A stretch of 64,000 nt of DNA from Bacilli bacterium. Lineage in GTDB: Bacteria; Bacillota_I; Bacilli_A; ML615J-28; CAG-698. The translations under genes were made by a program, and so were the position numbers. Below the pieces are notes generated by a model. That model did no database searches and was not told the DNA's origin. It was given only the letters and a program-made list of their open reading frames with translations. Location of the stretch: assembly GCA_050953065.1 (NCBI GenBank), contig JBMNLZ010000001.1:279981-343980 (forward strand), written 5' to 3'. Position 1 is the stretch's first letter. Each line of letters starts with the position of its first letter. Below are positions 41,201 through 49,226 of this stretch, one piece after another.

Positions 41201-43680
41201 AGATTTTCAATTACTACCGTTAAAGATTCCCCTTCATAACCAGTAACCTCATATGTATCATCTTCTTTTAATGTAAAGACTAATCCTGATGTTGAAGGTT
41301 TTTCTACCCATTTAGCGAAAAGTTGATAATCAGCTAAAGCACCCATTGTATAGCTTCCCTCATCTAAAAATTCAACATCCCCTGTCTCAGTTGTACTCCA
41401 ACCTGCAAATAGATAATATGTTCTAGTGAAGGTATTCTTTGGTAAAGTTATAGTTTCATTAGTTCTTACTAAAATACTTCCCATATTTCCTTCTCCACCA
41501 TTTGAATTAAATGATAGAGTATTTTGATTAGCTTCCCATCTAGCTTCATAAGTTAATGCAATTGCTGGCATTATGAATTGATATGTTGCTAAATTAGATA
41601 TAAGAGTATTATTATTATCATACCAGCCTATAAATGTATAACCAGTATTAGTTGTTGCTGTTATTGTTACTTGATCTTTATATGTTATTTTTCCACTACC
41701 TGTTACACTTCCAGCAGCCTCATCACTTAATGTTAAGTTTAATTGATAACTTTCAATTTCCCATTTTGCTTGATAACTTACAGCTCTTGCTGGCATTGTA
41801 AATGTATAGATAGTTAAATCAGATACCAAAGTATCATTTTCATCATACCAACCTGCAAAACTATATCCTATGTTTGTTGTAACTGTTATTGTTACTGAAC
41901 TATTATATTCTTTTAATCCAGCACCATCTACACTTCCAGCATCCTCATCACTTAATGTTAGACTTAATTGATAACTTTCATAGCCCCATCTAGCTTCATA
42001 AGTTAATGCAATTGCTGGCATTATGAATTGATATGTTGCTAAATTAGATATAAGAGTATTATTATTATCATACCAGCCTATAAATGTATAACCAGTATTA
42101 GTTGTTGCTGTTATTGTTACTTGATCTTTATATGTTATTTTTCCACTACCTGTTACACTTCCAGCAGCCTCATCACTTAATGTTAAGTTTAATTGATAAC
42201 TTTCAATTTCCCATTTTGCTTGATAACTTACAGCTCTTGCTGGCATTGTAAATGTATAGATAGTTAAATCAGATACCAAAGTATCATTTTCATCATACCA
42301 ACCTGCAAAACTATATCCTATGTTTGTTGTAACTGTTATTGTTACTGAACTATTATATTCTTTTAATCCAGCACCATCTACACTTCCAGCATCCTCATCA
42401 CTTAATGTTAGACTTAATTGATAACTTTCATAGCCCCATCTAGCTTCATAAGTTAATGCAATTGCTGGCATTATGAATTGATATGTTGCTAAATTAGATA
42501 TAAGAGTATTATTATTATCATACCAGCCTATAAATGTATAACCAGTATTAGTTGTTGCTGTTATTGTTACTTGATCTTTATATGTTATTTTTCCACTACC
42601 TGTTACACTTCCAGCAGCCTCATCACTTAATGTTAAGTTTAATTGATAACTTTCAATTTCCCATTTTGCTTGATAACTTACAGCTCTTGCTGGCATTGTA
42701 AATGTATAGATAGTTAAATCAGATACCAAAGTATCATTTTCATCATACCAACCTGCAAAACTATATCCTATGTTTGTTGTAACTGTTATTGTTACTGAAC
42801 TATTATATTCTTTTAATCCAGCACCATCTACACTTCCAGCAGCCTCATCACTTAATGTTAAGCTTAATTGATAACTTTCAATTTCCCACTTTGCATATAA
42901 AGTATAACTTTCTTGTGCTCCCATTGTATAATTTGCTTTATCAAAATATTCTACACTTCCATCTTCAGTTGTAGACCAACCAATAAATTTATATCCAGTT
43001 CTTATAAATTCATTTCCTGGAAGAGTGATAGTTTCATTAGTAGCAACTAAAACATTATCCATTTCACCTTCTCCAGTATTTGCATTAAATACTAAAGTAT
43101 TTTGGTTAGCTTCCCACTTAGCGTAAAGTGTATAATTATCTAAAACATCAATTGTATAGTTTGCTTCATCTAAATATTCTACATCACCATCTGATGTTAT
43201 ACTCCAACCTGTAAATGTATAACCTTCTTTTGTAAATGTATTTTTTGGAAGTGTAATAGATGTATTTGCTTCTACAGCAACACTATTCATCTCTCCACTT
43301 CCACCATTTGCACTAAACTCAATTTGGTAAAGCTGTAATCTTTTAATCGTAACTGTATATATTTTACTTGCTTTGCCTTTTCCAACTTTAATATATACCG
43401 TGTTATCTCCTTCTAAAAGCTCTACTGTTTTTGAAACAATTTCATTTGTAGCAGACAAATCACTATATAAATCCCAAATCGCTAAAGGACTAACAGTGAT
43501 TTGATTAATAAATGAATATGTTGTAGTAGAATTTGGCACTTCAACATACATATTCGTTCCATCCATTTCAAATCCTATAGCATCAATTATGCCTATGAAT
43601 TTTTCTTCCTTATCACACGCAACTAATAAGAAACTTATTAGCGCCAAAAATATAAAAAAGATTTTTCTAACTCTTCTCAT
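35203..43680 (-). CDS. Giant lipoprotein (2825 aa) with cadherin-like domain, InlB B-repeats, 6 divergent B-like repeats and BspA LRR modules
   Basis: Lipobox LVAC; repeat composition visible in the translation; ends WNPDNRPVVWGYTG. Confidence 0.92.
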   Translation of the reverse strand: MRRVRKIFFIFLALISFLLVACDKEEKFIGIIDAIGFEMDGTNMYVEVPNSTTTYSFINQITVSPLAIWDLYSDLSATNEIVSKTVELLEGDNTVYIKVGKGKASKIYTVTIKRLQLYQIEFSANGGSGEMNSVAVEANTSITLPKNTFTKEGYTFTGWSITSDGDVEYLDEANYTIDVLDNYTLYAKWEANQNTLVFNANTGEGEMDNVLVATNETITLPGNEFIRTGYKFIGWSTTEDGSVEYFDKANYTMGAQESYTLYAKWEIESYQLSLTLSDEAAGSVDGAGLKEYNSSVTITVTTNIGYSFAGWYDENDTLVSDLTIYTFTMPARAVSYQAKWEIESYQLNLTLSDEAAGSVTGSGKITYKDQVTITATTNTGYTFIGWYDNNNTLISNLATYQFIMPAIALTYEARWGYESYQLSLTLSDEDAGSVDGAGLKEYNSSVTITVTTNIGYSFAGWYDENDTLVSDLTIYTFTMPARAVSYQAKWEIESYQLNLTLSDEAAGSVTGSGKITYKDQVTITATTNTGYTFIGWYDNNNTLISNLATYQFIMPAIALTYEARWGYESYQLSLTLSDEDAGSVDGAGLKEYNSSVTITVTTNIGYSFAGWYDENDTLVSDLTIYTFTMPARAVSYQAKWEIESYQLNLTLSDEAAGSVTGSGKITYKDQVTITATTNTGYTFIGWYDNNNTLISNLATYQFIMPAIALTYEARWEANQNTLSFNSNGGEGNMGSILVRTNETITLPKNTFTRTYYLFAGWSTTETGDVEFLDEGSYTMGALADYQLFAKWVEKPSTSGLVFTLKEDDTYEVTGYEGESLTVVIENLYRGKAITSIGDSAFSGCSSLTSISISKSITSIGEEAFADVTAEIVFADGSNLTTLTALSFNNYKGTSIIIPSSITIIEEGAFSGCSNLTTISLPFLGQCRGGVAEAGLFGYIFGTSPYTGGTSTAQYYGPDFYSVYYIPTSLTTVTITDITTVSYGAFYGCSNLTSIIIPSSITEMGNSVFMGCTGIISITLPTGITNLGDSVFKNCTGLESIIIPTNITSISSFAFMGCTSLTSITVPTSVTNIGSHAFSGCSGLIEISLPFVGESSSATGSSSLFGYIFGSTSYTGGVKTTQYYTTSSYANYYIPILLKTVVITNVENLRYGAFYNCNNLTSITISGSITALSDATFRGCARLTSITIPNTVTSIGSFVCYGCTNLTNITIPEGVISIDASAFYLCSSLTGITIPSNLTSLGEGAFRECSALTSITLPNGVTSIKGYTFFGCIKLESIIIPTNLESIGNCAFGGCVLLENLTIPTGAITIGDSAFRNCSSLTSITVPSSVTNIGSHAFSGCSGLTEISLPFAGASKSATGANALFGYVFGTFGYAGGTSTTQYYAASSSIKYYIPSLLRTVTITNATTLGYGAFYNCSNLTNIIIPESLTTIGEAAFRNCSGLIYITILEEVTTINNAAFQGCSILTIYAEVENKPAGWVDGWNPSNRPVVWGYVSNGVTDGGIKYGVSLIGSNYSVVITGYQGVANEVVIPETIENYPVTTIASGAFYNSTSLTSITILEEVTTINNAAFQGCSILTIYAEVENKPVGWVDGWNPSNRPVVWGYVSNGVTDGGIEYGVSLIGSSYSVVITGYQGVANELEIPGIIETYPVRTIASGAFYNSTSLTSITVPNSVTSIESHAFSGCSGLIEITIPFIGASKSAVNGDTLFGYIFGTTPYTGGTPTSQCYSVYYPEITYYVPTSLRSVILTDTTSIPAYAFFRCNNLTSITIPIIVTNIGSEAFYHCNNLVLFIEAESAQGGYAFWWNRGARPIVWGYVSSGVTEAGLKYAISCIASNYSVIITGYQGVASEVIIPETIETYPIKKIELNTFCQNTTLTSVTIPSGVTSIGQNVFMGCTNLTSVTIPNTVTHLEKYSFTGCTQLPSIVIPISVTNIGNRVFQNCNNLIIYAEAESKPEGWAIDWVYGDWNPNNRPVVWGHVSHGVFGDYEYGVSLIGSTYGITIARYTGTANEIIIPETIESYPVTTTTYAVFADLTNLTSITLPSGMTNIGECTFSNCNSLTSISIPIGVTYIGEHAFSGCSSLTIYAAAESKPEGWHDNWNSSSRPVVWGYVSNSVTASGLEYAITLIDSNYSVIITGYQGIENEVVIPETIEGHPVTTIAFSAFSGKTQLTSITLPTSLLSIGDHAFSGCTQISTISIPSSVTSIGNYVFHCCSGLTSITLQTGITSIGNDAFSRCTQLTSITLPNSVTSIGTNAFAYCSNLTSITLPTGITSIGASAFYDCYCLTSIILPTGITNLNDYTFAGCHSLGNVIIPTNITHIGYEAFSGCTNLTSIYIPSSVTSIYFYVFQGCSILTIYAEAESKPEGWFEDEYEKYWNPNNRPVVWGCVNNGVTPDGIKYVTTCIDSNYSVIIIGFEGSLTDVEIPGTIGGYTVTTIAAYAFRNCSALTSITVPNSVTSIESHAFSGCSSLTSISLPFVGASREAIEGNALFGYIFGTTSYTGGSSTRQYYSSSSSSTYYIPTSLKTVIITNTTELKYGAFYNCLELTSITLPTGITSIGVCAFAHCQSLTSITLPNSVTSVGVNAFTHCYDLTSITLSTGITSIGSFAFANCSSLESIILPTGITDLNEFMFLNCTNLGNVIIPTNITYIGYEAFSGCTSLTNIYIPSSVSSINNRAFYKCNSLTIYAEAESKPAGWADGWNPSSRPVVWGCVNNGVTPDGIKYVTTCIDSNYSVIIIGFEGSLTDVEIPGTIGGYTVTTIAAYAFRNCSALTSITIPSSVTNIGYYAFKGCSSLTINAIAESKPEGWVDGWNPDNRPVVWGYTG
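38670..39345 (-). repeat. 333-bp near-identical tandem duplication of an LRR cap/module
   Basis: tcatttgcaactccctgatagcctgttattactacactata at 38768 and 39101; flanks also duplicated. Confidence 0.8.
41535..42888 (-). repeat. 450-bp tandem repeat, 3 virtually identical copies (each two 75-aa domains)
   Basis: tgttacacttccagcagcctcatcac at 41701, 42151 and 42601. Confidence 0.95.
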
Positions 43681-43710
43681 TTTCTTTTACCCCCACTATC
43701 TTACTACTCT

Positions 43711-43739
43711 ATTATATAATAAACACCCCCCTTAAACAA
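43711..43739 (-). promoter_or_regulatory. Promoter of the giant LRR gene with a G6 tract in the spacer
   Basis: TTGTTT-AAGGGGGGTGTTTATTA (17 nt)-TATAAT. Confidence 0.65.
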
Positions 43740-43785
43740 GAAAATATTTTTTATATAGTAGGATTATGTATATTCCTTTCATTAG

Positions 43786-43823
43786 AAAAAGCCACTAAAT
43801 AAATAATTATTTAGTAGCTTTTT
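43786..43823 (-). terminator. Intrinsic terminator after ssb
   Basis: aaaagccactaaataa...ttatttagtagctttt. Confidence 0.75.
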
Positions 43824-43857
43824 ACTTGATTTGTTACTATTTGATTGCGCATTGGAT

Positions 43858-44202
43858 TTATAATTCTTCTGTTTGACTACTCGTTTTTAAATTAATATAA
43901 GTAACTCTTTCACCAATCATTTCAATAGTTTTATACTTTTGATCATTGATTTCAAGATACTTCATATTTAATCTTCCCTTAACACCTATGGTTGAACCTT
44001 TTTTTACCAAAGATGCCATTGACTCAACAATACCTTCCCATAAAACAACTGGTATAAAATCAGTTTCATATTCTCCAGTTTCTGCACTTTTAAAAGGTCT
44101 AATTACGGCTAATGTAATAGTAGCTACTTTTCTGCCATCACTGGTAGTATTAACTTTAATATCATCAGTTGTTCTACCTACTAAAATAACATTGTTAATA
44201 AT
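43858..44202 (-). CDS. ssb: Single-stranded DNA-binding protein, short SsbB-like (114 aa), ATT start
   Basis: Manual translation (M)INNVILVGRTTDDIKV...TLAVIRPFKSAETGEYETDFIPVVLW...KKGSTIGVKGRL. GGAGG lies 7 nt before ATT and there is an in-frame TAA upstream. Confidence 0.88.
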   Translation of the reverse strand: MINNVILVGRTTDDIKVNTTSDGRKVATITLAVIRPFKSAETGEYETDFIPVVLWEGIVESMASLVKKGSTIGVKGRLNMKYLEINDQKYKTIEMIGERVTYINLKTSSQTEEL

Positions 44203-44437
44203 TTTATCTCCTCCTTTATATCTTTATCACCGGTGTATTCAATATTAACAAAATTAGCTCTTATTTACAAACTAGCTTTATAGTAAAAAAAATACGTTTG
44301 TAAAAAGAATTTTACTGAAAACAGTAAAATTCTTATTTCTTTCTAATTCAAATTAGCTTTTTTAAACTTTTTATATAAAACTTTTCTTAATAAGTATAAA
44401 GCAATTAATTTTGAAATATTTTTTGCTACTTTTTTTA

Positions 44438-44470
44438 TAAAAAAACCGTTTAGTTTCCTAAACGGTTTTA
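44438..44470 (-). terminator. Intrinsic terminator
   Basis: aaaaccgtttag-tttc-ctaaacggtttt. Confidence 0.85.
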
Positions 44471-44478
44471 ATACATTT

Positions 44479-47400
44479 TTATGGATTAGTAATTTGTGTT
44501 CCATCTTTTCTTCCAGTTACAACTGATGCAACTGAACTTGGAATTGTTGCTGTATAAGTCTTAGAAGCTGAAACACCATCTTTTGAAACTGTTATAGTAT
44601 AACTAACGCTCAAGTTGCTGCTTGGTCTTTTAATAACATGACCATAATTATCTAAATATGAAGTATTAGAAGATTGGAAACTAATCTTATATCCACTATA
44701 TTTTGTAGCATATTCATATTCTGCTTGAGCCATCTTAACATATACACGAGTCCATAATCCTGATTCTCTTAATTCTTGAGGACAATTTTTATAACTGAAG
44801 TTATAATGTTGTTTTACAGATCCTAAACCTTTACTCCTCATTGAACTCCATCTTGAAATAATTTGAGGAAGAAGTTTACATGTTCTATGCCAAGTTAAGA
44901 ACATATCATTTCCTTGGTTTTGACACATTTCAATACCAATTGCATAACTGTTACCACTGTATAATCCACTTACAGTGTTTCCTGCATGCCATGCAGTACT
45001 GTTTTCAGGACAAACTCTATAAATTGTACTTCCTTGGTCTACTACATAGTGAATTGAAACACCACTTGATCTAGCTAAGAATTTTGCATTAGCATATGCA
45101 TTCGCACCTAGACTATTATTACCAGTATTATGAATTGTAATATAATATCTTCCTGGAGCTGTTGAATGCCAACGATAGAATGATGATGTATTAACAGTAC
45201 TTGAACCAAAGTAGAAATAGTTAACACTACCTAAAACTGTTTCAGTCTTAGTTGTATTTCCATAAGTGTAAACATATTGACATAAAGTTGTACTTACTCT
45301 ATATTTTTCTAAGAAAGTAAATACTGCAGAGTGAGCACCCGGAGTTGGAGTTCCACCACCGCCTCCTTCAACCGTTAAAGTAATTGAACCTGTTCCTTTA
45401 GAAGCATGAGTTACAGTAATTGTAGCAGAACCTGCTGCTAAAGCTGAAATTGTTCCATAACTTGAAACTGTTGCTACACTAGAATTACTTGATGAGAAAG
45501 TACATTCTGTTCTAGAAACTGCTGTTCCAGAAGAATCTCTTACATATAATTGATATCCTGATGCTCCAATTGACATTGATGCACTTGGATCAGCCGTAAT
45601 TGTTAATGAACCACCACTTGGAGGAGGAGTTGTTCCACCACCAGAACCAATTGTTAAAGTAATATTACCAGATCCTTTTGAAGGATGAACTACTGTTATA
45701 ACTGCAGTACCGTTTGCAAGTGCTGAAATTGTTCCATAACTTGAAACTGTTGCTACACTAGAGTTACTTGAAGAGAAAGTACATTCCAGACGAGATATGC
45801 TAGCACCACTTGAGTCACTGATATAAAGTTGATATCCACTAGCACCAACTGCAATTGAACCTGTTGGGCTTTGTGTTACTGTTAAAGTACCCGCAGGAAC
45901 TGCAGTTACAGTTACCGCACAAGTACCTTTTACTGATGTATTAGCAACTGAAGTTGCTGTAATTGTTGCTGTACCAGCTGCAACACCTGTAATTACTCCA
46001 CCAGATACAGTTGCAACTGCTGTATTACTACTACTCCAAGTAACACTTGTATTACTAGCATTACTTACAGTAGCTGTGATTGTTTTATTAGTACCAACTG
46101 ATAAACTAGTTGATGATGCAGACATAGTGATAGTTGGTGTAGGAGCTGCAGTTACAGTTACTGTTGCTTGAGCTTGAACTGAATTATCAGCATTAAGTTT
46201 TGCAATAATTGTTGCAGTTCCAGCTGCAATTCCTGTTACCTTACCAGTAGCATCAACTGTTGCTACTGCAGTATTTCCACTTGACCATACGATAGATTTA
46301 TCTGTTAATGATGCTGCAAATACTGTAGCCGCTATTGTTTGACTAGCCCCAGTTAAAATATTCATTGTTGTAGGGTTTAATGTAATTGATTTTTGATCTG
46401 TTACTGTTACTTGATGAGTAGCAAGTATTGTACTACTAACAAGTGAAGTTGCAGTAATTGTTGCATTTCCAGGTGCAACTCCTGTTACTCTACCATTTGC
46501 ATCAACTGTTGCAATACTACTATTACTTGAAGTCCATGTAACAGCACTACTTGCTCCTACTGGATATGCTACTGCTTGTAAAACGATATTTTGTCCATAA
46601 CTAACTGAAGTTGCTCCAGTTATTGTAATTCCTTGTGGTAATGGAAGTACAGTTACTGAAAAACTTGATGTTTTTTCAGAATCACCTACTAAAGTAGCTG
46701 TTATTAAAGCTGCTCCACCACTAACTCCAGTTACCCAACCATTAGCATCAACTGTTGCAACACTACTATTGCTTGATGAAAAAGTAAAACTAGCTGGTTC
46801 ATTAGAAGGCTCATAAGTAACACTTAACTTAATTTTATTTCCTTCTAATACTTCATTAGCACCAGAAAGTTTAATTGAAGTAATTGGACTAGCTGAAGTA
46901 CTTTCTTCTTTAATTGCTATATAAAACTCACCATATACACTTTGATCACTTGCAAGAGTTGCTTGAATTTTTACAACACCTTCTGATACACCAGTTACAA
47001 TACCAGCATTGTTAACTGTTGCTTTAGTTATATCACTTGAAGTCCAAATTAAGTTTGATAATTCACCTTTATCTGGTGTTGCAGTTAAAACTGTAGATTC
47101 AGAAATATTAACAAAGCTACTTCCGCTAATTGTTAAAACAGATGGTTTAACAACACTAGTCGGTTTATTTCTTACAGTTACATTAATTTGAGTAAAACTA
47201 TTGCTAGCTACAGCTGATATAGTTGTAGAACCAGCTGCTTTTGCTGTAAGTGAACCATCTACATCAACAATTGCTACACTATTATTACTAGAAACCCAAA
47301 TTATTTCACCTAGGAATTCAATACCATTAGCTAATAATTGTAAATTAACTACATCATCAACTTCGATATTCAAATTTCCATTAGAAATTACTAAATTAAC

Positions 47401-47775
47401 ATTTTCAGGATCTCCTTCAATAGGAGGAAGTTGATTATCCCCTCCACCATCATTTCCATCACCAGATTTAATAACTTCTACAGTTAATCTTAATTTAGTA
47501 CCATTATCTACTAATGTTACATACAAATAACCAAGTCCTGGTGATACAGGAGTAATAACACCATTGTTATTAACCGTAAATATACTTAAGTTTGATGACT
47601 CATAACTTAATTGTGGCATTTCTATTCCCGTTACAACAGGATTAACTACATAGAAATCTTCCATTTCTACTTGAATAACAGTTTCTTTTACCGTAATTGT
47701 AGGTGTTACTTGATTACAACCACTAACAAAAAAAACTCCCAATAATACTACAAAAAATAATAAAATCTTTTTCAT
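44479..47775 (-). CDS. Lipoprotein with multiple Ig-like (Big_2) domains and C-terminal N-acetylmuramoyl-L-alanine amidase (Amidase_2)
   Basis: Lipobox VSGC; repeated WxSSNxxVATVDxxGxVTGVxxGxATITA; ITIHNTG, SIHYVVD, AWHAG, IGIEMC, QHYNFSYKNCP. Confidence 0.9.
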   Translation of the reverse strand: MKKILLFFVVLLGVFFVSGCNQVTPTITVKETVIQVEMEDFYVVNPVVTGIEMPQLSYESSNLSIFTVNNNGVITPVSPGLGYLYVTLVDNGTKLRLTVEVIKSGDGNDGGGDNQLPPIEGDPENVNLVISNGNLNIEVDDVVNLQLLANGIEFLGEIIWVSSNNSVAIVDVDGSLTAKAAGSTTISAVASNSFTQINVTVRNKPTSVVKPSVLTISGSSFVNISESTVLTATPDKGELSNLIWTSSDITKATVNNAGIVTGVSEGVVKIQATLASDQSVYGEFYIAIKEESTSASPITSIKLSGANEVLEGNKIKLSVTYEPSNEPASFTFSSSNSSVATVDANGWVTGVSGGAALITATLVGDSEKTSSFSVTVLPLPQGITITGATSVSYGQNIVLQAVAYPVGASSAVTWTSSNSSIATVDANGRVTGVAPGNATITATSLVSSTILATHQVTVTDQKSITLNPTTMNILTGASQTIAATVFAASLTDKSIVWSSGNTAVATVDATGKVTGIAAGTATIIAKLNADNSVQAQATVTVTAAPTPTITMSASSTSLSVGTNKTITATVSNASNTSVTWSSSNTAVATVSGGVITGVAAGTATITATSVANTSVKGTCAVTVTAVPAGTLTVTQSPTGSIAVGASGYQLYISDSSGASISRLECTFSSSNSSVATVSSYGTISALANGTAVITVVHPSKGSGNITLTIGSGGGTTPPPSGGSLTITADPSASMSIGASGYQLYVRDSSGTAVSRTECTFSSSNSSVATVSSYGTISALAAGSATITVTHASKGTGSITLTVEGGGGGTPTPGAHSAVFTFLEKYRVSTTLCQYVYTYGNTTKTETVLGSVNYFYFGSSTVNTSSFYRWHSTAPGRYYITIHNTGNNSLGANAYANAKFLARSSGVSIHYVVDQGSTIYRVCPENSTAWHAGNTVSGLYSGNSYAIGIEMCQNQGNDMFLTWHRTCKLLPQIISRWSSMRSKGLGSVKQHYNFSYKNCPQELRESGLWTRVYVKMAQAEYEYATKYSGYKISFQSSNTSYLDNYGHVIKRPSSNLSVSYTITVSKDGVSASKTYTATIPSSVASVVTGRKDGTQITNP

Positions 47776-47944
47776 AAATCGTTTGTACAATTATCCTAAT
47801 TGTACATTCTCCTTTCATTTATATTTTTTTTAAAAAAGATATGTCAATAAAAAATGTGCTATACATATACATTATAACACATTTTTTAAATCATTCTATA
47901 TGGAAAAAATCTCGCTTAAGAAATAGTTAAGACATAAAAAAAAA

Positions 47945-49225
47945 TCATTTTGGATAAATTACATAATTTGTAAAAGTATTTTTATCTATTGATTTAATAG
48001 CTTTTTTTATCATTTCTAAATCTATTTTTTCAAGTTTTTCTAGATTTTCAAAATATTCAGTTTCTTTAAAACAATTTTCTGCTAAGTTATTAGCAATACT
48101 TCCTACATTTCCTAAACTTCTTATTTCACTACCTACTAATGCTTTTTTATAAATAAGAAATTCGTCTTCGCTAATTTCATTAATGTTTATTTCATTAATT
48201 TTCTTATAAATATAATCAACAAACTCTAACGGTTTATAAGAAGATGCTTCAAAAATTACAAACCTATAATCATCATAACTATAAACATTAAAATCAAATT
48301 CTTTGCTGACTAATTCTAAATCTAACATTTCTTGCCAATTATCTGAAATTTTTGAAAAATAATGCGATAAAATTATACTATATACTTTTTTAAAAATAAA
48401 TTCATCAACACTATTAGCAAAATCTGGCATTAGTTTAAATGAAACAGCAACTTTTGGCATTATAATTTCCATGTTTTTATTATCATTTTCTTTATTAACC
48501 TTTGAAGCATATTCATATTTTTCAATTATTTTAGTTATTGTTGATTTAGAAAAGCTCTTTTTTGCTTGATTGTTTTTTATTATTTCTAAAACTTTTTCTT
48601 TATCAACATTCCCAACAATAATTAACTCCATATTTTTAGGAGTATAAAAAGAGGTAAATGCTTCTTTTAAGATTTCTAAAGTAATTTTATTTATTGATTC
48701 AATCGTCCCACCAATCTCATAATTTACATAAGCATCTTGATATAAATTATTTACAACACCATTTATAAGATTATCAATTGGATTATCAAGACTCATTTTT
48801 AACTCTTCTTCAATAATCCCCTTCTCTTCTTCTACATCTATATCTAAACAATCTAATGTATAAACTAAATCAAGTAATAGATTTAAATTTTTTTCAAAAT
48901 TTGAAACTGTATTAAAATAATACACTGTACTATCATAACTAGTATATGCATTAGCATTTGCACCTTGTTTTGAAAAAATTTCCATGGCATCAACTTTATT
49001 TTTCATTTGGAACATCAAATGTTCTAAAAAATGAGCCGTCCCATGTGGTAATACAATTTTTTCTTGATTTTTATAATATTCTAGATTTTTAGCACCAAAG
49101 TTAATACAAAGATAAGCATATTTTTTCTTAGCATTTATTTGTGGTGAAATCTTAACAGTTAATCCATTATCTAGTTGTCCTATATAAAGTTTTTCTTCAA
49201 TTCTTTTATATTCTTTTAGAATCAT
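47945..49225 (-). CDS. M16 zinc peptidase (YmfH-like)
   Basis: GTAHFLEHLMF (HxxEH), NAYTS, EKGIIEEE. Confidence 0.92.
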   Translation of the reverse strand: MILKEYKRIEEKLYIGQLDNGLTVKISPQINAKKKYAYLCINFGAKNLEYYKNQEKIVLPHGTAHFLEHLMFQMKNKVDAMEIFSKQGANANAYTSYDSTVYYFNTVSNFEKNLNLLLDLVYTLDCLDIDVEEEKGIIEEELKMSLDNPIDNLINGVVNNLYQDAYVNYEIGGTIESINKITLEILKEAFTSFYTPKNMELIIVGNVDKEKVLEIIKNNQAKKSFSKSTITKIIEKYEYASKVNKENDNKNMEIIMPKVAVSFKLMPDFANSVDEFIFKKVYSIILSHYFSKISDNWQEMLDLELVSKEFDFNVYSYDDYRFVIFEASSYKPLEFVDYIYKKINEININEISEDEFLIYKKALVGSEIRSLGNVGSIANNLAENCFKETEYFENLEKLEKIDLEMIKKAIKSIDKNTFTNYVIYPK

Positions 49226-49226
49226 A

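Noticed and set aside
28163-43680. Diversity-generating retroelement or invertase shufflon
   Set aside because: No reverse transcriptase or recombinase in the window. All repeats are direct and in-frame, and their differences are not adenine-specific.
43946-44248. 100-aa plus-strand ORF
   Set aside because: Antisense shadow of ssb.
27993-44480. Integrated island at tRNA-Gly carrying the LRR array
   Set aside because: No integrase or transposase, and I found no duplicate of the tRNA 3' end at the far boundary.
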